Source: Bacilli bacterium (GTDB taxonomy: Bacteria; Bacillota_I; Bacilli_A; RF39; UBA660). From it: a stretch of DNA of 64,000 nucleotides. Below are positions 1 to 8,555 of this stretch, in pieces. The DNA is taken from positions 7,714 to 71,713 of the forward strand of contig JAFXTH010000006.1 of NCBI GenBank assembly GCA_017525035.1, written 5' to 3'. Position 1 is the stretch's first letter. Every line of letters starts with the position of its first letter. Under the pieces are notes generated by a model. The model was not told the origin of the DNA. It ran no database searches and worked only from the letters and a program-made list of their open reading frames with translations. A program made the position numbers and the translations under genes.

Positions 1-1
1 C

Positions 2-1222
2 ACTGGATCAAATGTTGATACTGATAGCGTATCTGATTACATTACATTAGATGGTGAAATGGGTAGTGTGTTCTATGAATTACTTGATAATGAGGATGTA
101 TTAAAGAGTAGATATGAAATATTAGCAGGAAAACTTCCTGAAGAATATAATGAAGTAGTTATCATTGTATCAAAAGATGATATCATCCCTGATACAGTTT
201 TATATTCATTAGATATTAAAGATAGAAGTGAAGTTGCAAAAAGAATTTCTGGTGGTAAATTATTAGAAAATACTTCAACTAAATATAGTTATGAAGATTT
301 AATGAATAGAAAATATAAACTTGTATTAAATACTGATTATTACAAAAAAGAAAATGGAGTATATATTGATTATTCTAAGAATTATAATTATATGAAAAAT
401 GTAATTAATAATGGTCTAGATATTAAAGTAGTAGGTGTTTTAAGAAGTAAAGATACTGCTAGATCAGGTGTTGTTGGATACAAACAATCACTAACTAGAT
501 ATGTTATTAATGAAATAAGTAAGACAGAAATTTATAAAGAGCAAACAGGAAATAAAAAGATAAATGTATTAACTGGTAATAAGTTTGAAGGTACAGATAC
601 TAGTTATGAACAAGTTGCAAGAACTTTAGGCATTGCAGATTTAGATGATCCTAAAACAATTAATATTTATCCAAAAGATTTTGAATCAAAAGAAAAGATA
701 ATGGATTATATTGATAAGTATAATGAAGAACAGAAGTCTGCAGGAAAGTTAGAGAATGTAGTATCATACACTGACGTTATACAAACAGTTGTTAAAGGAA
801 TTACATCAGTAGTAAATGTCATTTCACTAGTACTAATAGGATTCGTTGCAATAAGCTTAATAGTATCAAGTATAATGATATCAATTATTACTTATATATC
901 TGTTCTTGAAAGAACAAAAGAAATTGGAATATTAAGAGCAATTGGTGCAAGTAAAAAAGATGTATCACATGTATTCGTTGCAGAAACTATTATCGAAGGA
1001 TTATTGGCAGGAATTATGGGTATTGTGGTAGCATTACTATTATGTGTACCAATAAACGCTATAGTAAATCATTTCATGAATTATAGTGGTATAGCTTCTC
1101 TACCAATGGGAAGTGCTATATTCCTAATTGCATTAAGTGTAGGATTAAATGTTTTAGCAGGATTAATTCCAGCTAAGATGGCAGCAAAGAAAGACCCTGT
1201 AATTGCACTTAGAAGTGAATAA
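2..1222 (+). CDS. ABC transporter permease, FtsX/MacB type (5' end cut by window edge)
   Basis: Reading frame is open from nt 2, with no stop upstream of the listed ATG at 59. A long extracytoplasmic segment is followed by a C-terminal 4-TM FtsX block with ERTKEIGILRAIGASKKDV. Confidence 0.8.
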   Translation, partial: TGSNVDTDSVSDYITLDGEMGSVFYELLDNEDVLKSRYEILAGKLPEEYNEVVIIVSKDDIIPDTVLYSLDIKDRSEVAKRISGGKLLENTSTKYSYEDLMNRKYKLVLNTDYYKKENGVYIDYSKNYNYMKNVINNGLDIKVVGVLRSKDTARSGVVGYKQSLTRYVINEISKTEIYKEQTGNKKINVLTGNKFEGTDTSYEQVARTLGIADLDDPKTINIYPKDFESKEKIMDYIDKYNEEQKSAGKLENVVSYTDVIQTVVKGITSVVNVISLVLIGFVAISLIVSSIMISIITYISVLERTKEIGILRAIGASKKDVSHVFVAETIIEGLLAGIMGIVVALLLCVPINAIVNHFMNYSGIASLPMGSAIFLIALSVGLNVLAGLIPAKMAAKKDPVIALRSE

Positions 1223-1281
1223 AAAGACATAAGGCATAACCTTATGCTTTTTTAATGATATAATTAAATTAAGGAGGAGTT

Positions 1282-1755
1282 ATGAGTAAAAGATTAATTA
1301 GTTATTTTTCAGCAAGCGGAGTTACAAAAACAGTTGCAGAACATTTAAGCAAAAAAATATCTGCAGATTTATTTGAAATCGAACCAGTACAAAAATATAC
1401 AGAGGAAGATTTAAATTGGATGGACAAAAACTCTAGATCATCAATTGAAATGAGCGATAAAAATTCAAGACCAGAAGTAGCAAATAAGGTAGATAATATT
1501 GATAGTTACGACACAGTTATTATTGGCTTTCCAGTATGGTGGTATATAGCACCAACAATTATAAATACATTTATAGAAGAGAATAATTTAGAAGGGAAAA
1601 ATATTCTAGTATTTGTAACATCAGGCGGAAGTGGAGTATCACAAAGCTATCAAAATTTGAAAGAACAATATCCAAATCTTAACTTTGTAGCAAGCAAAAG
1701 AATAGCAGATACAGAAGATGAAGATGCGTTTGTAAAGATGATAGAAGAATTTTAG
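1282..1755 (+). CDS. flavodoxin-family protein
   Basis: 157 aa. AAGGAGG RBS 6 nt upstream. N-terminal YFSASGVTK phosphate-loop-like motif and a GFPVWW segment typical of short flavodoxin-like proteins. Confidence 0.75.
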   Translation: MSKRLISYFSASGVTKTVAEHLSKKISADLFEIEPVQKYTEEDLNWMDKNSRSSIEMSDKNSRPEVANKVDNIDSYDTVIIGFPVWWYIAPTIINTFIEENNLEGKNILVFVTSGGSGVSQSYQNLKEQYPNLNFVASKRIADTEDEDAFVKMIEEF

Positions 1756-1778
1756 CACTCACACTTGACAAGTGCTAA
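1752..1778. promoter_or_regulatory. CIRCE operator (HrcA binding site) upstream of hsp20
   Basis: TTAGCACTC-ACACTTGAC-AAGTGCTAA matches the CIRCE consensus TTAGCACTC-N9-GAGTGCTAA with one mismatch. It overlaps the flavodoxin stop codon and is followed by a TGCTATAAC -10-like box (about 1784-1792). Confidence 0.8.
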
Positions 1779-1851
1779 AATAAGTGCTATAACATAGGTG
1801 TAATAAAGAAAAGTTATTACGAGGTATTAGATTATATATTATGAAAGGAAG

Positions 1852-2280
1852 ATGATTTATATGATGTTAGTACCAAGAAGAAATGATTTTGATTTATTTG
1901 ACAATTTCTTTGATGATGGATTTTTCCCTCCTAAGAAAGAAAGAAACATGATGAAAACAGATATAAGAGAGTTAAAGGATAAGTATTTAGTAGATGTAGA
2001 TCTACCTGGATATGAAAAAGAGAATATAAAAGTATCTCTAGAAAATGGTTACTTAACTGTATCTGCTAAAGTAGATAAAAAAGAAGAAAACAAGGAACAT
2101 GAGAAATATGTTCATCGTGAAAGATTCATGAGTGAATGCTCACGTAGTTTCTACCTAGGAGAAGATGTTAAAGAAGAAGATATCGAAGCTGAATTCAAAA
2201 ATGGTATCTTACAAGTAAGTATTCCTAAAAAAGAAGAAACAAAGAAATTGAACGAACCAAGACACATAGAAATTAAATAG
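1852..2280 (+). CDS. Hsp20/alpha-crystallin small heat-shock protein
   Basis: Alpha-crystallin core (DIRELKDKYLVDVDLPGYEKENIKVSLENGYLTVSA ... AEFKNGILQVSIPK). The true start is probably ATG 1861/1864 behind GAAAGGAAG. Confidence 0.9.
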   Translation: MIYMMLVPRRNDFDLFDNFFDDGFFPPKKERNMMKTDIRELKDKYLVDVDLPGYEKENIKVSLENGYLTVSAKVDKKEENKEHEKYVHRERFMSECSRSFYLGEDVKEEDIEAEFKNGILQVSIPKKEETKKLNEPRHIEIK

Positions 2281-2342
2281 TTAAAAAGACCATTATTGGT
2301 CTTTTTCTATTGTTATGATAAAATTATATTAGAGGTGATTAT

Positions 2343-2852
2343 ATGAAAGATAAATTCAGTAAAATACTATTATCATTAGGAACATTAGTAATAGGTATAT
2401 GTTTATTATTATGGGCTGATAAAGTTACTACAACTGCAGCAATGTTATTTGGTATATGTCTTCTTTTATACGGATTAGTTAATGGATTAACAGTATACAA
2501 AAAAGAACCAAATAATACTGGAAAACTTATTTGCCAAATATTAATTGGAATAGTAGGGATAGTACTTATAATTAAACCAAATATTATAAGTGAAATTATT
2601 TCATTCGTAATTGGAATTTATATTATGTTTTCTAGTTTAGTAAGTTTAAAGTCAGTGCTTGATAATAAAAGTAGCAAGAAATATAAAATGGGATTAATAC
2701 TTAGTGTTTCAGGAATCGTAATTGGATTTTTATGTATTCTTGGTAAATTATTAATTCCTAACTTGATATTAAGATTCTTAGGAGCAGCATTAATAATATA
2801 TAGTTTAATTGCTATTATTAACATCGTAATATTTCCAAACAAAAGTAAATAA
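2343..2852 (+). CDS. small polytopic membrane protein (DUF308/HdeD-like by resemblance)
   Basis: 169 aa, 5-6 hydrophobic helices, AGAGGTGA RBS, terminator at about 2921-2948. Confidence 0.6.
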   Translation: MKDKFSKILLSLGTLVIGICLLLWADKVTTTAAMLFGICLLLYGLVNGLTVYKKEPNNTGKLICQILIGIVGIVLIIKPNIISEIISFVIGIYIMFSSLVSLKSVLDNKSSKKYKMGLILSVSGIVIGFLCILGKLLIPNLILRFLGAALIIYSLIAIINIVIFPNKSK

Positions 2853-3005
2853 TTAATGTTAAGTTCTTAATAATGTATTTTAAATGCACTATTAAGAATG
2901 TAAAATAAATGTTACACAGTAAAAAGGTGGTATATACCATCTTTTTTTGTTGATAATACATATAATTTGTGCTATAATAACAACATTTGAAAAGAGGGAA
3001 ATGGC

Positions 3006-3992
3006 ATGGATATATTAGGAATACCAATAGTAATAGGTAGTGCGTGTGCACTAGCAAAGGCAATAGAAATTGGAATTGTATTAAAAAAAGAAACGACATT
3101 CAGATTAGGAAAAATAGGAAGACCTAATAGAGAAGTGTTAACACCACTTAACTTAGATGTTATTAAAGGTTTGGATGAAGAGTATAAATTAAAAACGGAT
3201 ATTAACAAATTAGATGAATTATTAGATAGAAGAAATAAAACATACTTACGTAAGAACATTAGAAATCTAAAATTAGGAAACCTATCTAAATATGATTTTA
3301 AAGATCCAAATGGTGCTTATAATCCTGCATCAAATAAAATTGAATTAGGTCAAATAGCTGATAGAAGTGAACTAGACCATGAACTATTACGTATAGCAAG
3401 TACTACTAAAGTATTTGGACATGTCTTTAGTGGATTTAGTCAATCTACTTTCTTTAGTAACGTTGGTAAAGGATTAAATACTGGATATATACAAGTATTA
3501 AATAGCAGATATTTTGATCATAAACCAAATAATGAATTTTATCCGGAACGACTATTTGCCAGATGTATTGAAAAGATGGTTGGAAAAGATAACATGGAGA
3601 ATTATTATTTCATGGGAGAATTAAGTTTCTTAATTGAAGATCTTGAACCATACATGAAAGAAAGCGATGTAGAAGCATTAATAATAAGCTTAGATATTAT
3701 TAATAAATATGGACATAAAGAAAAGAAATCAAAAAGACAGGAAGAACTTGTTAAGAAAGCATATATTAAGGCTACTCTTGCTACAAGAAAAGGTTTATTA
3801 CTTCTAGTACAAAAATCTGGTTATGACCCATCTATGATAGATATGTATTATAAGTGTACAAATATGATTAATGAGTTATTAAATGAAAATGGAATAACTG
3901 AAGAAGATTTATCTATTGATGATGTTGTAAAATTGGAACCAATAAATCTTATGGAAATAGCAAGAAAAAGAAAAGTAAGAATCGAGAAATAA
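3006..3992 (+). CDS. hypothetical protein with N-terminal hydrophobic helix
   Basis: 328-aa ORF behind a TGCTATAAT promoter (about 2970-2978) and GAGGGAA RBS. No recognisable motif. Confidence 0.6.
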   Translation: MDILGIPIVIGSACALAKAIEIGIVLKKETTFRLGKIGRPNREVLTPLNLDVIKGLDEEYKLKTDINKLDELLDRRNKTYLRKNIRNLKLGNLSKYDFKDPNGAYNPASNKIELGQIADRSELDHELLRIASTTKVFGHVFSGFSQSTFFSNVGKGLNTGYIQVLNSRYFDHKPNNEFYPERLFARCIEKMVGKDNMENYYFMGELSFLIEDLEPYMKESDVEALIISLDIINKYGHKEKKSKRQEELVKKAYIKATLATRKGLLLLVQKSGYDPSMIDMYYKCTNMINELLNENGITEEDLSIDDVVKLEPINLMEIARKRKVRIEK

Positions 3993-4020
3993 AAAAAACT
4001 GCATTATGCAGTTTTCTTTT
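3991..4020. terminator. bidirectional rho-independent terminator
   Basis: A-run, ACTGCA-TTA-TGCAGT hairpin, T-run, between convergent genes. Confidence 0.7.
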
Positions 4021-4774
4021 TATTTGTTTTTTTAGCTGGTTTTTTAGTTTCTTTTTTAACTGGTTCTTTAACCTCTTTTTTAGGTTCTTCTTTCTTTTCT
4101 TCTTTAGATACAGCTTTCTTAGCTCCACCACTTAGTTCTTCATAAGCGTACATGAATGTTATATTCATATAAGGGAATAGCCATATCATAAGAATACCTA
4201 AAGTTAAACCTGTTAAGAACATCCATCCAATGAATGATAGACCAAGAACAAATAATTCTGCCTTATGTCCGTTTGTGATATCCCAAGTTTTTCTCATAAC
4301 TTCTCTTGAAGTTAATTCTTCGTTATCAACATATACTTCTTGGTAGAATGAAAGTCCAATAGCAAAGATGATACCTGGAATTATCAATAAGATTGAAGCA
4401 AGACCTATTACTAGTCCAACTAGAATGCTAAGAATAAGTGTAGGTACGATATGACCTTTAACATACTTATATGGCATTGTCCATTCTTCTTCTTTACCAC
4501 GAACTAGGTGTAAACAATATTTAGTATATCCAAACATAAATACTGTTTCTAGAATTCCAAAGACACCACCTACGCAAGCCCCTACAACGCTAATAATGTC
4601 GTTTGTAGTTGCTTCATCAAGGTCAGCTATAGTTACTGGAATACCTATTACCATTCCAACTAAAAATGCGAATATTAAAATAGTAACATTCCACATTACA
4701 ATTGGTTTCCAAAGATACCATTTTTTACCTTCAATTTTCTCTTTAGCTTTTTCTTTTAAAACAACTCTATCCAT
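4004..4774 (-). CDS. DUF975-like integral membrane protein with Lys-rich C-terminal tail
   Basis: The N-terminus (REKAKEKIEGKKWYLWKPIV) followed by 5-6 TM helices is typical of DUF975. The C-terminus is a KKEEPKKEVKEPVKKETKKPAKK low-complexity tail. Confidence 0.6.
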   Translation of the reverse strand: MDRVVLKEKAKEKIEGKKWYLWKPIVMWNVTILIFAFLVGMVIGIPVTIADLDEATTNDIISVVGACVGGVFGILETVFMFGYTKYCLHLVRGKEEEWTMPYKYVKGHIVPTLILSILVGLVIGLASILLIIPGIIFAIGLSFYQEVYVDNEELTSREVMRKTWDITNGHKAELFVLGLSFIGWMFLTGLTLGILMIWLFPYMNITFMYAYEELSGGAKKAVSKEEKKEEPKKEVKEPVKKETKKPAKKTNKKKTA

Positions 4775-4863
4775 AATACTTCTCCTTTAAGAATATTATA
4801 CTCCATATATAAATGTATTTCAATTCACTAATTATATTATGTTATAATATATTTGGTGATAAT

Positions 4864-5445
4864 ATGAAGTGCCCAAAGTGTAATGCCGAATATAAAACAA
4901 ATTTAAAATTTTGTCCTAAGTGTGGAGAAGTATTTGAATCAAATGATATTCAAATGTTTTCAGATATTTATAATTTAGAATTATTAGAAATGTATTATCC
5001 AAATAAAGAAGAAAAAATATATACTAAAAAGATTAATTATAAATATTTACTTCTTGGATATGTTTATGCAATATACAAAAGAATGTATAAACATGCAGCA
5101 ATTTCTATAATATTATTTGCACTAGGATTGTTAATATTATATTATTTTAAATTAATGGTAGTTTATAGTTTAGGTTTTTTGTTTTACTTTATATTTTTTA
5201 TTATGATATCACCTATAGTATTCTACATTTATAATGTATTCAATTTTGATCGTTTATTATTGTTGTATAGAAAACAGAGAATAAATAAAATAATTTCAAA
5301 AAATAGGGATAAGTCAAAAGAAGAAATAGAAAAAATAATAATTAAAGATAGTGTTAATGATAAATCTGGTGCAGTTATAACTGGAGTAATAAGTACTATT
5401 ATTTTGATTATCTATATTTGTTTATTTATTAGAAGATTTCTTTAA
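4864..5445 (+). CDS. zinc-ribbon membrane protein (DUF2628-like); paralog of 12119-12673
   Basis: MKCPKCNAEY..FCPKCG zinc ribbon followed by TM helices around an AIYKRMYKHA motif. The listed start 4813 overlaps the TGTTATAAT promoter (4840-4848), so ATG 4864 behind GGTGA is preferred. Confidence 0.65.
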   Translation: MKCPKCNAEYKTNLKFCPKCGEVFESNDIQMFSDIYNLELLEMYYPNKEEKIYTKKINYKYLLLGYVYAIYKRMYKHAAISIILFALGLLILYYFKLMVVYSLGFLFYFIFFIMISPIVFYIYNVFNFDRLLLLYRKQRINKIISKNRDKSKEEIEKIIIKDSVNDKSGAVITGVISTIILIIYICLFIRRFL

Positions 5446-5506
5446 AAAAACAAAAAGGATTATTTGAATAAATAATTCTTTTTTTAATTGTTACTAAATT
5501 TATAAT

Positions 5507-5534
5507 CACTAAATTATTTATAATTCATACATTA
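5507..5534 (+). promoter_or_regulatory. orphan copy of the amidase promoter (sigma-K/E-like AC-N16-CATACATTA)
   Basis: The 32-nt block 5525-5556 (TCATACATTAATATAGGTGATTATGATGAATG) matches 9379-9410 with 2 mismatches. It includes a -10-like CATACAtTA, an AGGTGA RBS and ATGAATG. Confidence 0.4.
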
Positions 5535-5744
5535 ATATAGGTGATTATGATGAATGGCATTGGACTCATTTTGTTTGGAAATTATACTATGAAAGAATGC
5601 CAGATGAATGTAAAAATGAAATGAATAATTATATTGAAACAAAGAAGTCAAACAAAATATCTGATTATAGATTAAATGCTTTACAACGATATAGACCATT
5701 AGTTAAGAACAAGAATAAATAGTTTTTAGATTAACTAATTAACT

Positions 5745-5870
5745 AGCAAGTACTGAATTTGTAATACAAACTCAATTTTGGATTTGAATTCACTGCTTGC
5801 GAGCAAGCACTGAATTTATGGCCAAGTGCCACAAACCCAAATATCTAATGGGAGTTTTTCCCCAATCCCC
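5745..5870 (+). repeat. conserved hairpin-module element, copy R1 (possible structured ncRNA)
   Basis: About 90% identical to 12898-13022. Two AGCAAGYACTGAATTT seeds (5745, 5802). A 15-bp imperfect stem joins 5746-5760 to 5786-5800. It is followed by an AT-rich hairpin plus T-run at 5881-5909. Confidence 0.6.
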
Positions 5871-5916
5871 TTTGCATAAAAATTAAGTTTATTACTTAAT
5901 TTTTTTTTATTCTAAT

Positions 5917-5933
5917 CTCTACTCAAAGTAGAG
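5917..5933. promoter_or_regulatory. perfect palindrome CTCTACT-CAA-AGTAGAG at the -35 position of the XRE-ABC promoter
   Basis: 7-bp arms. It lies about 21 nt upstream of the extended -10 TGTATAAT (5954-5961). Candidate auto-operator for the HTH of the downstream gene. Confidence 0.35.
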
Positions 5934-5979
5934 AAGCAATATTATTGACTTATTGTATAATTAATTTGAGGTGATTTAA

Positions 5980-6963
5980 ATGGACTATGAAAAAATAGGT
6001 ACTTTCATTTTAAATCTTAGAAAAGAAAAGAATATGACACAACAAGAATTAGCAGATAAACTTCATGTAACCGATAAAGCGGTATCAAAGTGGGAAACAG
6101 GAAGAGGTATTCCAGATATTGAAACTATAAAAAATCTTGGAAAATTGTTTAATGTAACAGAAAAAGAATTATTAAATGGTGAAAGAGATTATAAGAAAAA
6201 AGAAATAGATCCTAATCATCACTCTATTGTTCTTGATGTTCAGAATTTATCGAAGTCTTTTGGAAAAAGAAAAATACTAAGTAATGTTAATTTGAAGATA
6301 TATGAAGGAGATATAGTTGGGTTAATTGGTCCTAATGGTGCTGGGAAAACAACTTTAATAAAAACAATTTTAAGTTTATATAAAGCAGATACAGGAACAA
6401 TAAAAATATGTAATTATTTAATAGACAATGAATTAGAAAAGGCTTTATCAAAAGTTGGTTCAATAGTAGAAAATCCTGATTTATATCAAAACATTTCAGG
6501 ATGGAAAAATTTACAAATTGTATGTTTAACAAATCATATAAAAGATACTAGTATTATTAATAGCGTAGTTAAACTTGTTGGACTAGAAGATAGAATAAAA
6601 GATAATGTAAAGAGTTATTCTCTTGGTATGAAGCAAAGACTAGGTCTTGCTGCTGCATTAATACGAAAACCCAAAATACTAATATTAGATGAGCCGACAA
6701 ACGGATTAGACCCATATGGTATCAAAGATTTAAGAAAAATATTAAAATACTTAAGCGAAAAAGAAAATATGAGTATTTTAATAAGTAGCCATATACTTGC
6801 AGAAGTAGAAAATATTTGCGATAGAATAATTATCATAAAAGAAGGAAAGTTATTAAGTAATTTTGGAATAGAAGAAATTAAAAACAAGCATATTAGTTTG
6901 GAAGATGAATTTATAAGGAGAACTAAAAATGTAGAGGAGAATTTGTATAATGAAAATAATTGA
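5980..6963 (+). CDS. XRE-family HTH fused to an ABC transporter ATP-binding domain
   Basis: N-terminus NMTQQELADKLHVTDKAVSKWETGRGIPD (HTH_XRE). Then Walker A GPNGAGKTT, signature YSLGMKQRL, Walker B ILILDEPTNGLD and H-loop SSHIL. Confidence 0.85.
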   Translation: MDYEKIGTFILNLRKEKNMTQQELADKLHVTDKAVSKWETGRGIPDIETIKNLGKLFNVTEKELLNGERDYKKKEIDPNHHSIVLDVQNLSKSFGKRKILSNVNLKIYEGDIVGLIGPNGAGKTTLIKTILSLYKADTGTIKICNYLIDNELEKALSKVGSIVENPDLYQNISGWKNLQIVCLTNHIKDTSIINSVVKLVGLEDRIKDNVKSYSLGMKQRLGLAAALIRKPKILILDEPTNGLDPYGIKDLRKILKYLSEKENMSILISSHILAEVENICDRIIIIKEGKLLSNFGIEEIKNKHISLEDEFIRRTKNVEENLYNENN

Positions 6964-8494
6964 TTTAATAAAAGGAGAATTTATAAAGAATTTCAAAATT
7001 AAAAAAATTATAATAGTCTTAATTATCTTATTACTTTCTATAGTTGGAAAAAATTATATAGATGAGTTGAAGATTACAAATGACAATAAAGCTATTTTAG
7101 AGCAAAGTGTTTCATATTTTAAAAATCAACTTGATTTTTACAAAAGTCATCCTGATACAAATCAAATAAAAAAGGAATGGTATTTATTCTCAAATCAAAA
7201 GAATTATGAAATGTATAATAAACTATTGAAAAGTGAAAAATACAATGATTTATCAACACAAAGCTGGCAACATGAATTAAGTAGACGTATTGTCAAAATT
7301 GATACATTAGTTTTTTGGATAGAAAAATATAAAGCAGATAAAAACGTAGACATTAGTTGGATAAATGAAGATTATGAGTTTACTTTGATGTATCAAACTT
7401 ATTTGGAAAAACTATCAAATATGAGTAATGAAGAATTAAGTCAAGAACAGGATAGGATGTTAAAGACTAAATCCGATTTTGAAAACCTTTTAAAAGATAA
7501 TAAATATTACAAGTATATCGAATATATATTAAATAATAATATAGACGATGCAATTTGGATATACGATATTTTTGAATTAGAAACTAAATATTATGAAGTA
7601 ATTATTGATAATAAAGTAGAGGAAGAAAGTTATTTAGTAAAAAATATTAATCAACTAAGAACATTAGGAGTCTTTAATTATGAAAATAAAAGAGCAAATG
7701 ATTTAAGAGATTCTATATTAAAAAAAGATAGAGAAATATTAAAATATTCAATAGATAAAGTTAAAAAGCAAGATATTTCATATGGAGCAATCAGCGTAGG
7801 TGCAGAATCGATTTATATTAGTACCAAATCTTGCGTTAATGGAATATTAGATTTATCAATTGTAATTATGATATTAGTTGTATTATTAGATGGTAATATT
7901 GTTAGCAAAGAGCATAATAAAGGTACTGAAAAATTATTACTAACAACCTCAAACAAGAGGTGGAAAATTCTACTTAGTAAATTTTTATATCTTATTTTAG
8001 AAACATATATTATCTGGTTTGTTGCATTAATACTTCTATTATTATTTGCAGGATTAAAATATGGATTTAATGATTTAATAACTCCAAAGATTTTATATCA
8101 AAACGGAAAAATTATTGAAGTAAATTATATTATTTATATAATAAAACAAATATTTTATTGCAGTATTCCAGTATTAGCTTTTATATCAATAGTTTTTATG
8201 ATTTCAACGATTACCTTAAATTCTGGACTTACAAATGGATTATGTATGATCTTTGCAATTATTTCACCTTTTATGTGGCATTTTATTTATAATTATCATT
8301 TATCGTTATTATCTTTTTTACCATTTCCTTATTTTATGTTCAGTAGTGTTATCACTGTAACTGAAGATTATTTAGGTTCTGTTGATGTTTCATATGCGTC
8401 AGAAGTATATGGTATTATAATTTCATTAGTTACTTTTGTTACATGTTATATAATATCAAATATAGTATTTATAAAAAGAGATGTTAAAAATTAA
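6950..8494 (+). CDS. ABC-2-type permease with large extracytoplasmic domain
   Basis: Overlaps the upstream ATPase gene by 14 nt. One N-terminal TM helix, an approximately 270-aa soluble region, then 5-6 C-terminal TM helices. Confidence 0.6.
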   Translation: MKIIDLIKGEFIKNFKIKKIIIVLIILLLSIVGKNYIDELKITNDNKAILEQSVSYFKNQLDFYKSHPDTNQIKKEWYLFSNQKNYEMYNKLLKSEKYNDLSTQSWQHELSRRIVKIDTLVFWIEKYKADKNVDISWINEDYEFTLMYQTYLEKLSNMSNEELSQEQDRMLKTKSDFENLLKDNKYYKYIEYILNNNIDDAIWIYDIFELETKYYEVIIDNKVEEESYLVKNINQLRTLGVFNYENKRANDLRDSILKKDREILKYSIDKVKKQDISYGAISVGAESIYISTKSCVNGILDLSIVIMILVVLLDGNIVSKEHNKGTEKLLLTTSNKRWKILLSKFLYLILETYIIWFVALILLLLFAGLKYGFNDLITPKILYQNGKIIEVNYIIYIIKQIFYCSIPVLAFISIVFMISTITLNSGLTNGLCMIFAIISPFMWHFIYNYHLSLLSFLPFPYFMFSSVITVTEDYLGSVDVSYASEVYGIIISLVTFVTCYIISNIVFIKRDVKN

Positions 8495-8555
8495 TTAAAA
8501 ATATTATAATTCTACTTTTAATAGGTGTTATTTAATAGTTTCTCGAATTAATATT

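Noticed and set aside
5547-5624. A 25-codon ORF (MMNGIGLILFGNYTMKECQMNVKMK) starting at the orphan RBS/ATG copy.
   Set aside because: It may be translated, since it inherits a good RBS. However, it is most simply the accidental read-out of a displaced start block, and I have no conservation evidence for it.
5786-5800. The minus-strand reading GTGAATTCAAATCC resembles a tRNA T-arm (GGTTCAAATCC).
   Set aside because: There is no complementary T-stem, acceptor stem or anticodon arm around it. The resemblance is limited to TTCAAATCC.
5860-5870. CCCCAATCCCC (minus strand GGGGATTGGGG, extended to GGGCTGGGGATTGGGG in R2) considered as a G-quadruplex motif.
   Set aside because: There are only two G-tracts in R1 and three in R2. 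Four are needed for an intramolecular quadruplex.
5818-5886. A 22-codon ORF (MAKCHKPKYLMGVFPQSPLHKN) conserved in position and length with 12970-13038 (MSKCHKSKYSMEVKPQSPALFY).
   Set aside because: Neither copy has a Shine-Dalgarno sequence. Of the 10 codons that differ, 9 are nonsynonymous, often radically so. This pattern does not fit purifying selection on a peptide, so it is treated as non-coding.
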